In this document: positions 1 through 8,740 of the stretch, in pieces
How positions within the stretch are numbered: position 1 is the first letter of the stretch
How the letters are laid out: every line of letters starts with the position of its first letter
NCBI GenBank assembly: GCA_016939375.1
Contig: JAFGHF010000042.1
Location: 1 to 56,929, forward strand
Length of the DNA: 56,929 nt
Reading direction: 5' to 3'
DNA from: Candidatus Omnitrophota bacterium
Lineage (GTDB): Bacteria; Omnitrophota; Gorgyraeia; JAFGHF01
Program-made: the position numbers and the translations under genes
Notes under the pieces: model-generated
What the model was told of the DNA's origin: nothing
Databases searched by the model: none
Seen by the model: only the letters and a program-made list of their open reading frames with translations

Positions 1-2
1 AA

Positions 3-449
3 GAAATCGGCATACGCAAACAAACAGCTCTTAAATTATTGAAATCATATTATTTTCTGGAAAAAGAAGAGCCGCAATATGTGAGCAGTGGCTACGTCGA
101 AGAAACAGACGCCGCTTTGATACCCACCTATGAATCTGTGGATCTATTACGCCAAGCCAGTAATAAAAAAGAGTTGGATCAGGAAGATTTGCGAAAGATC
201 AAAAACGTAATACTGCAAAAAGGCAAAGACGCTCGGGAGGTCAAAAAAGACTTGACTCAGATAATAAAGCAACGCCAAGAGCTAGAGCCTGAGGAAGCCC
301 GTGAAAAAAAGAAATCGGCGCAATTAAAAAGGCTGGTTAGCGTTTTGAAATCTTTACAAAAAGAAATCAAAATCTCAAAAACTCTACCCAGCCAAACCAT
401 AAAAGACATCGATAAACTAATAGAAAAACTTGAAATAGGAACTTATTAA
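3..449 (+). CDS. hypothetical protein, 5'-truncated by the window edge; Lys/Glu-rich C-terminal tail
   Basis: The reading frame is open from nt 3 (EIGIRKQTALKLL...). The TTG at 39 used by the ORF track is therefore probably internal. No family recognised. Confidence 0.4.
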   Translation, partial: EIGIRKQTALKLLKSYYFLEKEEPQYVSSGYVEETDAALIPTYESVDLLRQASNKKELDQEDLRKIKNVILQKGKDAREVKKDLTQIIKQRQELEPEEAREKKKSAQLKRLVSVLKSLQKEIKISKTLPSQTIKDIDKLIEKLEIGTY

Positions 450-469
450 GCTTATAGAAAGGAGGAAAG

Positions 470-703
470 ATGCCTTACGACAGCAGCATGGATGAACAGT
501 TGTTTTCCAAATCATGGGAAAGCGATACTGGCAGATTGACAGTAAGCGTATTTTCATACAACAAGGGGGCTAAAAAGCTGCAGATATCAAGAGAAAACAG
601 GGACCCTCAGGGTGAGCTTAGATTTGCTAAATTGGGCAGGATGAGCAAAGAAGAGGCAGCAGCGATTCTTCCATTTATTCAGGAAGCCTTAAGCGCGATG
701 TAG
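470..703 (+). CDS. PC4/YdbC-like small ssDNA-binding protein (putative)
   Basis: 77 aa with a strong RBS (AAGGAGGAAAG) 5 nt upstream. The pattern LTVSVFSYNKGAKKLQISRE...GELRFAKLGRMSKEEA resembles bacterial PC4/p15-type domains (beta-sheet, K-G-hxL, then an eE helix). Confidence 0.45.
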   Translation: MPYDSSMDEQLFSKSWESDTGRLTVSVFSYNKGAKKLQISRENRDPQGELRFAKLGRMSKEEAAAILPFIQEALSAM

Positions 704-732
704 CAAGCATTAAAAGTCTGCATTTTTCCACT

Positions 733-2133
733 CTAAGCCGACAGATATATTTCTTGATTTTTTCTGGGGATGGTCACCCGGATATCAAGAGATTTAATTT
801 TTTTGCGAAGTTCGTCTGATTGTTCAGGCTCACCATGCACAACGAATACACGCTTTAACTTACCTCTACATTCCTTGATGTAGCGGATAAGGTCATGCTT
901 ATCGGCGTGTGCGCTAAACGCATCAAGCACCACAATCTCTGCTCTGGATTGGTATGGCCTGCCAAAAATATTGACCATAGGCCTGCCTTCCACTATCCTT
1001 CTGCCCAGAGTATCCCGGGGCATATAGCCAACCACAAGTATTGTATTGTATGGGTTCTCGATATTATTCTTAAGATGGTGCAAGATCCTTCCGTTTTCGC
1101 AAGTTCCCGAAGCTGAGATTATGATCATCGGACCAGATCTATCATTTAGTCTTTTGGATTGATTTACGTTTGTGATATACGTTATATTTTTATGTTCTAG
1201 AGGGCTGAGTTGTTTTTTGAACAATTCCTGAGTGTCTTTATCGAAATATTGCCAGCTATTCTGGAAAACCTTTGTAATATTTACGGCTAAAGGGCTATCG
1301 AGGTAAATCGGAATATCTTTTATCCTCTTCTGTCTCAAAAGGCGAGAAAGGAAAAATAGTACCTCTTGAGCCCGCTCAAGGGCAAAAGAAGGTATAATAA
1401 TCTTGCCTCCACGCCTAACCGTTCTGTTCACAACCTTGGAAAGTCGGTCCTCTACGGTATCTATGTGGGAATGGACCCTTGCCCCATAGGTGCTTTCAAT
1501 AAAAAGATAATCCACACCTTTGGGAATCTCTGGGTTCTTTAGATAGGGGAGGTTCGGACGGCCTAGATCGACAGCATAGGCAATTCTGGTCACGCCCTTG
1601 TTGGTGTGTATATCAATCGTAGGAATAGAGGAACCCAGGATATGTCCGGCATTATAGAATGTCAGGTCGATACCTTTGCTTAAACTCATCCTTCTGTGAT
1701 ATTCCAGAGGCCTTAGAAATTTAAGGGCGTTCTGGGCATCCTTCTGGTTGTAGAGAGGGTATCGTGCAGGCAAACCTCTCCTTTTGTTGATCTTGTTTAC
1801 ATATTTGATATCCTCCTCTTGGATATATCCACTATCAGGTAAGATATATTTGCAAAGGTCTCTTGTCGAAGGGGTAAGGTAGGCTTTGGACCTAAAGCCC
1901 TGTTTTACTAAAGTAGGAAAGTTGCCACAGTGATCGATATGGGCATGAGAAATAATGCAGCAGTCAACGTCTGCCGGACTAAAAGGAAACTGTGAATTCA
2001 CGGAATAAAACGCGTCTCGATGTCCTTGAAAAAGCCCGACATCTATCAGTATTTTGGTTCTATCGATAGTAAGCAGGTGCATAGAACCGGTTACTGTCCC
2101 AGTGCCCCCGCAAAATTGGATTATAATGGCCAT
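733..2133 (-). CDS. MBL-fold beta-CASP family hydrolase (RNase J/CPSF-like RNA-metabolising enzyme)
   Basis: 466 aa. HxHxDH motif (SHAHIDHCG). C-terminal beta-CASP/RMMBL-type motif (AFSAHADKHDL). Confidence 0.8.
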   Translation of the reverse strand: MAIIIQFCGGTGTVTGSMHLLTIDRTKILIDVGLFQGHRDAFYSVNSQFPFSPADVDCCIISHAHIDHCGNFPTLVKQGFRSKAYLTPSTRDLCKYILPDSGYIQEEDIKYVNKINKRRGLPARYPLYNQKDAQNALKFLRPLEYHRRMSLSKGIDLTFYNAGHILGSSIPTIDIHTNKGVTRIAYAVDLGRPNLPYLKNPEIPKGVDYLFIESTYGARVHSHIDTVEDRLSKVVNRTVRRGGKIIIPSFALERAQEVLFFLSRLLRQKRIKDIPIYLDSPLAVNITKVFQNSWQYFDKDTQELFKKQLSPLEHKNITYITNVNQSKRLNDRSGPMIIISASGTCENGRILHHLKNNIENPYNTILVVGYMPRDTLGRRIVEGRPMVNIFGRPYQSRAEIVVLDAFSAHADKHDLIRYIKECRGKLKRVFVVHGEPEQSDELRKKIKSLDIRVTIPRKNQEIYLSA

Positions 2134-2217
2134 AATTGAATTCTATAATATAATAAAGGCACCGGTTTTGCAATAAAAATAGTTAAAAAGCCAACTTATT
2201 TCAAATTAAGTTCAGCC

Positions 2218-2246
2218 TTGCTCCCATGAGCGATTTGTGCTATATT
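2218..2246 (+). promoter_or_regulatory. sigma-70-type promoter candidate (TTGCTC-17 nt-TATATT with a TGn extension)
   Basis: -35 TTGCTC at 2218-2223, 17-nt spacer ending in TGC, -10 TATATT at 2241-2246. Lies about 25 nt upstream of the RBS and ATG at 2272. Confidence 0.45.
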
Positions 2247-2271
2247 ATTTTAATAATCACAAGGGAGGTGG

Positions 2272-2454
2272 ATGGTGGGTAAAATACCTGTACAAATCGA
2301 CATAAAGAAAGTTGCCAATAATCCTAATCTATTTGTATTTACGATCGCCACGCCACTTATGAGATCTCAATTTCGCATACCCCGACCAGTGCTTAATCAA
2401 TTGCGTATTTTAATTGAGAGGTCACTTACTCGCAGACAAAATAATCTGCAGTAG
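2272..2454 (+). CDS. small hypothetical protein (60 aa)
   Basis: Strong RBS (AAGGGAGGTGG) immediately upstream, and preceded by a promoter-like element. No family recognised. Confidence 0.4.
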   Translation: MVGKIPVQIDIKKVANNPNLFVFTIATPLMRSQFRIPRPVLNQLRILIERSLTRRQNNLQ

Positions 2455-2479
2455 TATCAGTTTAAAAAAGGGGGAAGCA

Positions 2480-2683
2480 ATGAAAACATTGCTTATTATA
2501 TTAGTCCTGATTATTACGCTTGTGATAGTCTTTGTAGACAGCAAAACATGGCAAATCGAACTGGTGGAACGGAAAAGAGGAGATGATACGTTTATAGAGC
2601 AAGAACACAGTCTGCATTGGGATAGGTTCATCGATTATTTAAAAGCAATGCCCAAAAATTTATTAAACAAGCTTAAGCTATAA
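2480..2683 (+). CDS. small membrane-anchored hypothetical protein
   Basis: Internal ATG at 2480 preceded by AAAAGGGGGA. N-terminal TM helix MKTLLIILVLIITLVIVFV. The ORF-track start at 2414 overlaps the previous ORF and has no RBS. Confidence 0.45.
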   Translation: MKTLLIILVLIITLVIVFVDSKTWQIELVERKRGDDTFIEQEHSLHWDRFIDYLKAMPKNLLNKLKL

Positions 2684-2705
2684 AAGCATGCAGAAGGAGG
2701 AAGAT

Positions 2706-3059
2706 ATGAAAAAGAATTGCCGCCTTTTTGTTTTATTTATATTTTTAGCTACAACCATTTGTGGATGTGCCAGTTATAGAGAGGCTCAAAAGGCACAAGC
2801 GGATTTTGAACAAATCAAACTGGGTATGACAAAAGGGCAAGTCATCGATATAATGGGGATGCCCCAAGATCAGGAAATGCTGGTCCTAGAGAGTGGTTCA
2901 ACAGTAGAGGCCCTGCGGTTCAATACAAACTTTAGATTGGGCATCTTACCATTGGGGCGCAGGCAAATCCCGGTGTGTCTGCAAGATGGCGAAGTGATCG
3001 GCTGGGGAAAAGATTTCTACAAAAATAAAAAGCGGGAATCAGAGCTACTTTTTCCTTAA
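2706..3059 (+). CDS. lipoprotein with a BamE/SmpA_OmlA-like domain
   Basis: ATG at 2706 follows GAAGGAGGAAG. Lipobox LATTICGCAS. FEQIKLGMTKGQVIDIMGMP resembles the BamE-type fold signature. Confidence 0.5.
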   Translation: MKKNCRLFVLFIFLATTICGCASYREAQKAQADFEQIKLGMTKGQVIDIMGMPQDQEMLVLESGSTVEALRFNTNFRLGILPLGRRQIPVCLQDGEVIGWGKDFYKNKKRESELLFP

Positions 3060-3061
3060 AA

Positions 3062-4222
3062 ATGAGAGCAAAAAAAATCCTTTTAATGCACATATCGAAT
3101 ATCTCTGGGCATCGCTCAGCTAGCGTGGCGATCGAAAACGCACTACGTTCCCTTGATCAAAATACTGTGGTAAAAAGCATCAACGGCTTTAACTACACCA
3201 ATCCTTTAGCTGAGAAAATAATTAACGCGCTTTATATGATAGTGATAAAAAACGTGCCTGGGCTTTGGGACCATCTTTACGATAACGAAAATGTCTTGAG
3301 GAAATTAAGGAAGGCCAGGGCAATAGTACATAGGATCAAGGAAAGGAAGATAAAGAAACTTTTCAATACCTTTCAGCCAGATATGGTAGTATGCACCCAA
3401 GCATTTCCCTGCGGAATGGTCGCTGACTACAAACGCAGACACCGTCTCAGCATCCCTCTTATGGGGGTGCTCACAGATTTCGCTCCCCACAGCTATTGGG
3501 TGGATGACTTCGTAGACCTATATGTAGTCCCTGCCGAAAAGATAAAACAAAGCCTATGCGCCAGAGGTATACCTAGGGAAAAGCTACAAACCCTAGGCAT
3601 CCCCATCGATGTCAAATTCTCAAAGCAAACTATACCGGCACAAGCCTTTAGCAAGTGGAACTTGAAACCAGACATTCCCACAATATTAATCATGGGGGGC
3701 GGACAGGGCTTGGGTCCAATAAAAGAAATAGTGGCCACTTTAAATAAAATAGACCAGCCTTTACAGCTGATTGTGGTCTGTGGCACAAACAAAAAGCTTT
3801 TCAAGTGGCTGAAGAAGCGGCAACATATGTTCAAGAAGCGTGCATTAATCCTGGGGTACGTCCGAGAAGTCGACCAATTGATGGATATGTCTTGTCTTAT
3901 CATTACAAAACCTGGCGGACTGACTTCTGCAGAAGCCTTAAGTAAATCATTGCCGATCATAATTGTCTCACCTCTTCCGGGGCAGGAAAGTTTAAATACC
4001 CAGTATCTTTTGGAAACCGGGGCTGCATTAAAAGTAAATACTCCTGGAGAGTTAAAACCGTTGGTAGAAGATCTCCTAAACGATAAAGATAGGCTGGGGG
4101 GATTGCAGCAAAAAGCCTGGTCTTTGGCTTATGCCGGTTCGGCATTAAATATCGCCAAGGTAATCATAGAGACTGTCAAAAAAGAAGATTTCACATTTTC
4201 AGATGCTATACTTACTATATAA
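3062..4222 (+). CDS. MGDG-synthase/UgtP-like diacylglycerol glycosyltransferase (GT28 family)
   Basis: 386 aa. N-terminal KILLMHISNISGHRSA (MGDG_synth-like). C-terminal ITKPGGLTSAEAL...PGQE..N (GT28 C-terminal domain). Confidence 0.7.
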   Translation: MRAKKILLMHISNISGHRSASVAIENALRSLDQNTVVKSINGFNYTNPLAEKIINALYMIVIKNVPGLWDHLYDNENVLRKLRKARAIVHRIKERKIKKLFNTFQPDMVVCTQAFPCGMVADYKRRHRLSIPLMGVLTDFAPHSYWVDDFVDLYVVPAEKIKQSLCARGIPREKLQTLGIPIDVKFSKQTIPAQAFSKWNLKPDIPTILIMGGGQGLGPIKEIVATLNKIDQPLQLIVVCGTNKKLFKWLKKRQHMFKKRALILGYVREVDQLMDMSCLIITKPGGLTSAEALSKSLPIIIVSPLPGQESLNTQYLLETGAALKVNTPGELKPLVEDLLNDKDRLGGLQQKAWSLAYAGSALNIAKVIIETVKKEDFTFSDAILTI

Positions 4223-5063
4223 AGCTGGGATATTTCTTGCGCTTACGCTGCCAATAAAGGCCAGCTACAAACTGGCTGACTTTATTGCCAGCATGTACTA
4301 TCTATTGTGCCACCGAGACAGGGAAGTGGTCAAAAACAATCTAAAGGTAGTTCTAAACCATGATCAGGGCAGAGTAAAAACATATCACACTAGCCGGATG
4401 GTCTTTGTGAATTTTGCCCGCTATTTAGTGGAGTTTTTCAGGGCTTCAAAAATCGACACTCAATTTATCCACGACAACGTGGAGATAGAAGGTAGAGAAA
4501 ACCTAGATAGGGCTCTAAAACAAGGCAAGGGTGTAATATTAGTCAGCGCACATCTGGGCAACTGGGAACTCGGCGGTATGGTTTTATCAATGCTGGGATA
4601 TAAAATCAACGGGGTAGCCTGGACACATAAAAACAAAAAAATAAATGATTTCTTTCTCAATCAAAGACGTAGCAAAGGATTAAAAATAATACCGCTAGGC
4701 AAAACCCCTAGGAAAGTACTAACTGCTTTGAGAAATAATGAGATAGTCGGTTTTATCGGTGACATAGACTTTCTTAACCCGCAAAAGGGGATAACGGTCA
4801 AACTTTTTGGGCGCGATACGATCATGCCTAAAGGCCCAGCTATATTTAGCCAGAAAACAGGGGCTCCCATAGTAACCGTATTTTTGGTAAGAACAGGTTT
4901 GAATAGGTTTAAACTTAGCTTGGAACCAATAGCACATCGAGTTTCAGGTAATCAAAAAGCTGACCTACAAAACCTGACCGCGAAAGTTTCCAAAAGAATA
5001 GAATCCTGCATCCTGCATTATCCCGAACAGTGGTTTATGCTCACCCCTAGATGGCAAAACTAA
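4203..5063 (+). CDS. lysophospholipid/lipid A late acyltransferase (LpxL/HtrB family)
   Basis: 286 aa. N-terminal TM segment. Catalytic SAHLGNWELGG (HxxxxE-type acyltransferase motif of the LpxL family). Confidence 0.7.
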   Translation: MLYLLYKAGIFLALTLPIKASYKLADFIASMYYLLCHRDREVVKNNLKVVLNHDQGRVKTYHTSRMVFVNFARYLVEFFRASKIDTQFIHDNVEIEGRENLDRALKQGKGVILVSAHLGNWELGGMVLSMLGYKINGVAWTHKNKKINDFFLNQRRSKGLKIIPLGKTPRKVLTALRNNEIVGFIGDIDFLNPQKGITVKLFGRDTIMPKGPAIFSQKTGAPIVTVFLVRTGLNRFKLSLEPIAHRVSGNQKADLQNLTAKVSKRIESCILHYPEQWFMLTPRWQN

Positions 5064-5073
5064 AGGAAAGTAA

Positions 5074-5766
5074 GTGATAGCTCCATTGAATATATGCGTG
5101 TTAATACCTTCTTACAATGAGGCAAAGTCTATCGGCAAACTAGTAGAAAAAATCAAGGCTCAAAAATTGGATGTGCTGGTTGTCGATGACGGCTCAGCAG
5201 ATAACACCTCGGAAATCGCCCAAAAGAGAGGTGCATATGTAATAAGGCATGCCCAAAATAAGGGTAAGGGTGCTTCTTTAAAAGACGGATTTGAATATGC
5301 CCTGAAAAATGGCTACGACGCAGTAATCACAATGGACGGAGACGGGCAACACAGCCCCGACGATATCCCCCATTTTATAAATATGGCTCATGAGCAGAGC
5401 GTAGATATTATAGTGGGTAATCGCATGTTCTCCACCAAAAATATGCCCCCTCTGCGCTGGCTGACCAATAAGACCATGTCCTGTTTCTTATCAGCGATTT
5501 GCCGCACAAGCATGCCCGATAGCCAGTGTGGCTTCCGCCTGATCAAGAAAGAGGTATTTAAAAACATCAATCCTACAAGCAATAACTACGAAATTGAAAC
5601 AGAGACCCTGGTAGAAGCCCATCAAAAGGGCTTTAAAATAAAGTTTGTCCCCATCCAAACCATTTACAGCAAACAAACCAGCAACATCAATCCCTTCATC
5701 GACACCATCCGTTTTTTTAGATACTTACTGAAAATCTTTTGTCCCTTTTTATTTCGCAAAAGATGA
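5074..5766 (+). CDS. family 2 glycosyltransferase (dolichyl/polyprenyl-phosphate glycosyltransferase-like)
   Basis: GTG start. VLIPSYNEAKSI, VVDDGSADNT and MDGDGQH motifs. Confidence 0.75.
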   Translation: MIAPLNICVLIPSYNEAKSIGKLVEKIKAQKLDVLVVDDGSADNTSEIAQKRGAYVIRHAQNKGKGASLKDGFEYALKNGYDAVITMDGDGQHSPDDIPHFINMAHEQSVDIIVGNRMFSTKNMPPLRWLTNKTMSCFLSAICRTSMPDSQCGFRLIKKEVFKNINPTSNNYEIETETLVEAHQKGFKIKFVPIQTIYSKQTSNINPFIDTIRFFRYLLKIFCPFLFRKR

Positions 5767-6422
5767 AAGCAAACTTTTCTGAGCTAAGAAACAAGATGGT
5801 CGAAGAGCAGCTTATCGCCCGGGGGATTAAAGATCCTGGCACCCTGGAGGTATTCCGTAAAGTCCCTCGACACGAATTTGTGCAAAAAAAAGATCTAGAT
5901 ATCGCATATAACGATTTTCCGCTGGCCATCGGTGCAGCGCAGACTATCTCGCAACCCTACATGGTCGCCTTGATGACCGAATGCCTGGGGCTTTCAGGCA
6001 AAGAAAAGGTTTTAGAAATAGGCACCGGCTCCGGATATCAAGCGGCTATCTTAGCTGAATTGGCCAAGGAGGTCTATAGCATCGAACGTATACCCGCCCT
6101 AGCGGAAAATGCTAAAAAGCTACTGGCTCGATTAGGCTATCAAAATATAAAAATAAAAGTGGAAGACGGCACTGCAGGTTGGACCGAATATGCCCCTTTT
6201 GAAGCAATCATTGTTACCGCTGGAGCTCCGGATTTCCCTTCGCCGCTTCTACAACAAATCCCGCTGGGGGGGAAACTGGTCATACCTATAGGCGGAAGAT
6301 TTACCCAAACCTTGACCGTGGCCACTAAACATAAAAATGGCCTAGAAATCAAGGATATCTGCGGCTGTGTATTTGTCCCTTTGTTGGGCAAACACGCTTG
6401 GAGAGAAAAAGATGTTGGATAA
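5763..6422 (+). CDS. pcm: protein-L-isoaspartate O-methyltransferase
   Basis: ATG at 5763 overlaps the preceding stop (ATGA). QTISQPYMVA and the SAM-binding motif LEIGTGSGYQAAILA are present. Confidence 0.85.
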   Translation: MKANFSELRNKMVEEQLIARGIKDPGTLEVFRKVPRHEFVQKKDLDIAYNDFPLAIGAAQTISQPYMVALMTECLGLSGKEKVLEIGTGSGYQAAILAELAKEVYSIERIPALAENAKKLLARLGYQNIKIKVEDGTAGWTEYAPFEAIIVTAGAPDFPSPLLQQIPLGGKLVIPIGGRFTQTLTVATKHKNGLEIKDICGCVFVPLLGKHAWREKDVG

Positions 6423-6918
6423 ACTACTGGTCGTCTTAAAAGACTTACCTAATGAGCTTATTACAATAATAATCGCCGCTTTACCTGTTAGTGAATTACG
6501 GGGCTCGATACCCATTGCATACCTAACATTGAAAGAACCTCTTTTAAAAACGTACTTTCTTTCTATCATCGGCAATATTGTTCCGGTTATACCGCTTTTG
6601 CTCTTTTTAAGGCCGCTTTCGGAGAAATTGCGTCATTTCAGGCTCTGGCGAAGATTCTTCGACTATCTCTTTGAGCGCACCAGAAAAAAGGCCGCCCTTG
6701 TGGAAAAATATGAAGCATTGGGCTTAATATTATTTGTGGCAATACCGCTTCCGGTCACGGGAGCCTGGACCGGGAGCATCGCTGCTTCATTATTCAAAAT
6801 CAGATTTCGTTACGCTTTTTTATCCATATGCCTTGGGGTATTTATTGCTGGGTTAATAGTCAGCGCTGTAACCATAATAGGCAAGGGCATATTCTTTAAA
6901 CTTTTTGTGGCGGGTTAA
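6412..6918 (+). CDS. small multidrug-export-like membrane protein (COG2426 family)
   Basis: ATG at 6412. SELRGSIPIA and PLPVTGAWTGSIAA motifs typical of this family. Four predicted TM segments. Confidence 0.6.
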   Translation: MLDKLLVVLKDLPNELITIIIAALPVSELRGSIPIAYLTLKEPLLKTYFLSIIGNIVPVIPLLLFLRPLSEKLRHFRLWRRFFDYLFERTRKKAALVEKYEALGLILFVAIPLPVTGAWTGSIAASLFKIRFRYAFLSICLGVFIAGLIVSAVTIIGKGIFFKLFVAG

Positions 6919-6924
6919 AAAATT

Positions 6925-7500
6925 ATGGTGCAAAATGTCCAATTAAAACATCACTTCAAATCCTATATCTTAAACGTAGTAAGCCTGGTCGTCTTGGCCC
7001 CCATTTTTTTCGGAGTCTTTGCTTTTTGCCCTTTTAGGTTGCCTTACATTTATTGTGCGATATGCCCCAGGCGCTGTCCTTGGTATCACATAAGGGGATA
7101 TATAGTCCTTGCGGCGATAGTATTAAACTTAAAAAACAATATGTTTTGTAATCGCCTTTGCCCGTTTGGGACGGTTCAGATATTTTTATCTAAGATGGGG
7201 CTAAGAAAGTTCAAGATTCCCCGTTTTCTGCTTAGCCTAAAGCATGTGAGTGTATTGATCCTGCTTTTATTGATAATAATGACTTTTCATCCCCAAATGA
7301 TCATCCAGAGCATTTGGGGTATAGATCTGGATCAAATATTTATCACCAATATGCGCTATATTCTCTTGGTCTTTTTTGTATTGGGAATAATGGCAAGCCT
7401 TTTCAGCTACCGCTTCTTTTGCTATAGCCTTTGTCCGATAAGGGCCTTGAGTACGAATTTAAACTTTTTTAAGCCCGAGGGAAAAGCAAAGGAAAAATAA
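6925..7500 (+). CDS. polytopic membrane protein with NapH/MauN-type 4Fe-4S binding motifs
   Basis: Repeated Cys motifs: CAICPRRCPW, FCNRLCPFGTVQ and FCYSLCPIRAL. Confidence 0.55.
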   Translation: MVQNVQLKHHFKSYILNVVSLVVLAPIFFGVFAFCPFRLPYIYCAICPRRCPWYHIRGYIVLAAIVLNLKNNMFCNRLCPFGTVQIFLSKMGLRKFKIPRFLLSLKHVSVLILLLLIIMTFHPQMIIQSIWGIDLDQIFITNMRYILLVFFVLGIMASLFSYRFFCYSLCPIRALSTNLNFFKPEGKAKEK

Positions 7501-8133
7501 TTGTTAGAGCTGGATAAATACCTCAATATCGCGTTGTTTATATCAATACTGCTCCACGCGTTATTATTTTTTCCGCTTCCCTATATCAGAAAGGCCGAAA
7601 TAAGAAAGGCGCCTGAACTTCTCGAGGTCACCTACCTGATAACTAAACAGGAGCCGGCAAAGAAAGCCGCTCTTAAAGCAAAAACACCTGCCCCCGTGCA
7701 ATACAAAGAAAAGAAACCGGCCCCGGCCAAGCTTACTAAAACTCTCCCTCCTAAGCCAAAACAGGCAGAGGCTCCTAAAAAGCCTAAAAGCCAATATGCC
7801 AACATTGAAATCCCGCCAGAATTGCCCAAGGAAAAAGAAGACTTATATGTAGGGTATTATCAGTCCATCAGGGAAAAAATCCGCTCCTATGTGGAGAAAA
7901 ACTACACTCGTTTTATAGATTATGGCGAAGTCTGCCTGCACTTTGTACTCTTGCCCAGTGGGGACCTAAAACAGATCAGCATAGTGAACGAGAGGTCTAC
8001 AAATAATCCCCAATTAAAAGAGATCGTAAAAAGAAGCCTAAAAGAAGCGGCGCCATTTTTTCCTTTTCCTAAGGGCCTAAGCTCTGAACAACTATCATTT
8101 AATGTTACTGTATCCTTTGAAATAGAAGAATAA
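7501..8133 (+). CDS. TonB-family energy transducer
   Basis: TTG start directly after the previous stop. N-terminal TM segment. Pro/Lys-rich spacer (KKPAPAKLTKTLPPKPKQAEAPKKPK). TonB_C-like C-terminus. Confidence 0.6.
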   Translation: MLELDKYLNIALFISILLHALLFFPLPYIRKAEIRKAPELLEVTYLITKQEPAKKAALKAKTPAPVQYKEKKPAPAKLTKTLPPKPKQAEAPKKPKSQYANIEIPPELPKEKEDLYVGYYQSIREKIRSYVEKNYTRFIDYGEVCLHFVLLPSGDLKQISIVNERSTNNPQLKEIVKRSLKEAAPFFPFPKGLSSEQLSFNVTVSFEIEE

Positions 8134-8208
8134 AATGATAATTAAAAGGGTTGCTATTTAAGGCTAAAAGTGATATACTAAAGAACCTTGAAAGGAGTTG
8201 CTTGGCAA

Positions 8209-8406
8209 ATGGCAAAAGAGGACAATAGAGGTGCAACCGCGGTTTTAAAAGTAGCCGCAAAGCTTGTTGTCGGACTAGCCTTATTGGCCCTGGGTGTATG
8301 GTTTATCTGGATCTGGAGATTTGATGTGTTCATCATGATCAGGGGTTGCCTGGGGGTTTTTGCAGCTCTTTTAGGCATTATCTTTTTAGTGATTGCCAAA
8401 GAATAA
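8209..8406 (+). CDS. small two-TM membrane protein, hypothetical
   Basis: ATG at 8209 lies about 10 nt after GAAAGGAG. Two hydrophobic helices. Confidence 0.4.
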   Translation: MAKEDNRGATAVLKVAAKLVVGLALLALGVWFIWIWRFDVFIMIRGCLGVFAALLGIIFLVIAKE

Positions 8407-8428
8407 GATTTGGCAGTAATTCTGCTTT

Positions 8429-8484
8429 ACCCGCCTTTTTGTTGATTTAAAAAGGGTAGATCTATGCAAAAAAAGGCGGGTTTT
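8429..8484 (+). terminator. long palindromic element, possible intrinsic terminator (12-bp stem, 29-nt loop, T-run)
   Basis: ACCCGCCTTTTT (8429-8440) pairs perfectly with AAAAAGGCGGGT (8470-8481) and is followed by TTT. Related in sequence to the element at 25233-25307. Confidence 0.4.
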
Positions 8485-8516
8485 CATACCTAGCGATAAA
8501 TTGAAATTTAAAAAGG

Positions 8517-8544
8517 TGCACTAGGCATGGAAATGCCTGGTGCA
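8517..8544 (+). promoter_or_regulatory. stable hairpin with a GGAA tetraloop in the rpsU leader
   Basis: TGCACTAGGCAT / GGAA / ATGCCTGGTGCA forms 12 bp with one G-U pair. No T-run follows. Lies 44 nt upstream of the rpsU ATG. Confidence 0.35.
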
Positions 8545-8587
8545 AAATTTCGATCTTAATACAATAAACAAGAAAGAAGGGATGGAT

Positions 8588-8740
8588 ATGCCCAGAGTTG
8601 AAGTGAAAAGTAATGAGCCACTCGAAAAGGCGTTAAGAAGGTTCAAGCGCAAGATCGAGCGTGAAGGAATCCTCAAGCAGATTAGGGCTCGTAAACATTA
8701 TGAAAAACCCAGTGAGCGCAAAAGAAAAAGAAAAAAGTAG
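8588..8740 (+). CDS. rpsU: 30S ribosomal protein S21
   Basis: [46 protein letters not shown] is a canonical S21 sequence. ATG at 8588 (or 8582) follows GAAAGAAGGG. Confidence 0.9.
   Translation: MPRVEVKSNEPLEKALRRFKRKIEREGILKQIRARKHYEKPSERKRKRKK

Noticed and set aside
8540-8587. ORF-track GTG start that extends rpsU by 16 codons
   Set aside because: The extension lies within the leader hairpin and is not part of conserved S21. The ATG at 8588 (MPRVEV...) with an upstream GAAGG matches the canonical S21 N-terminus.
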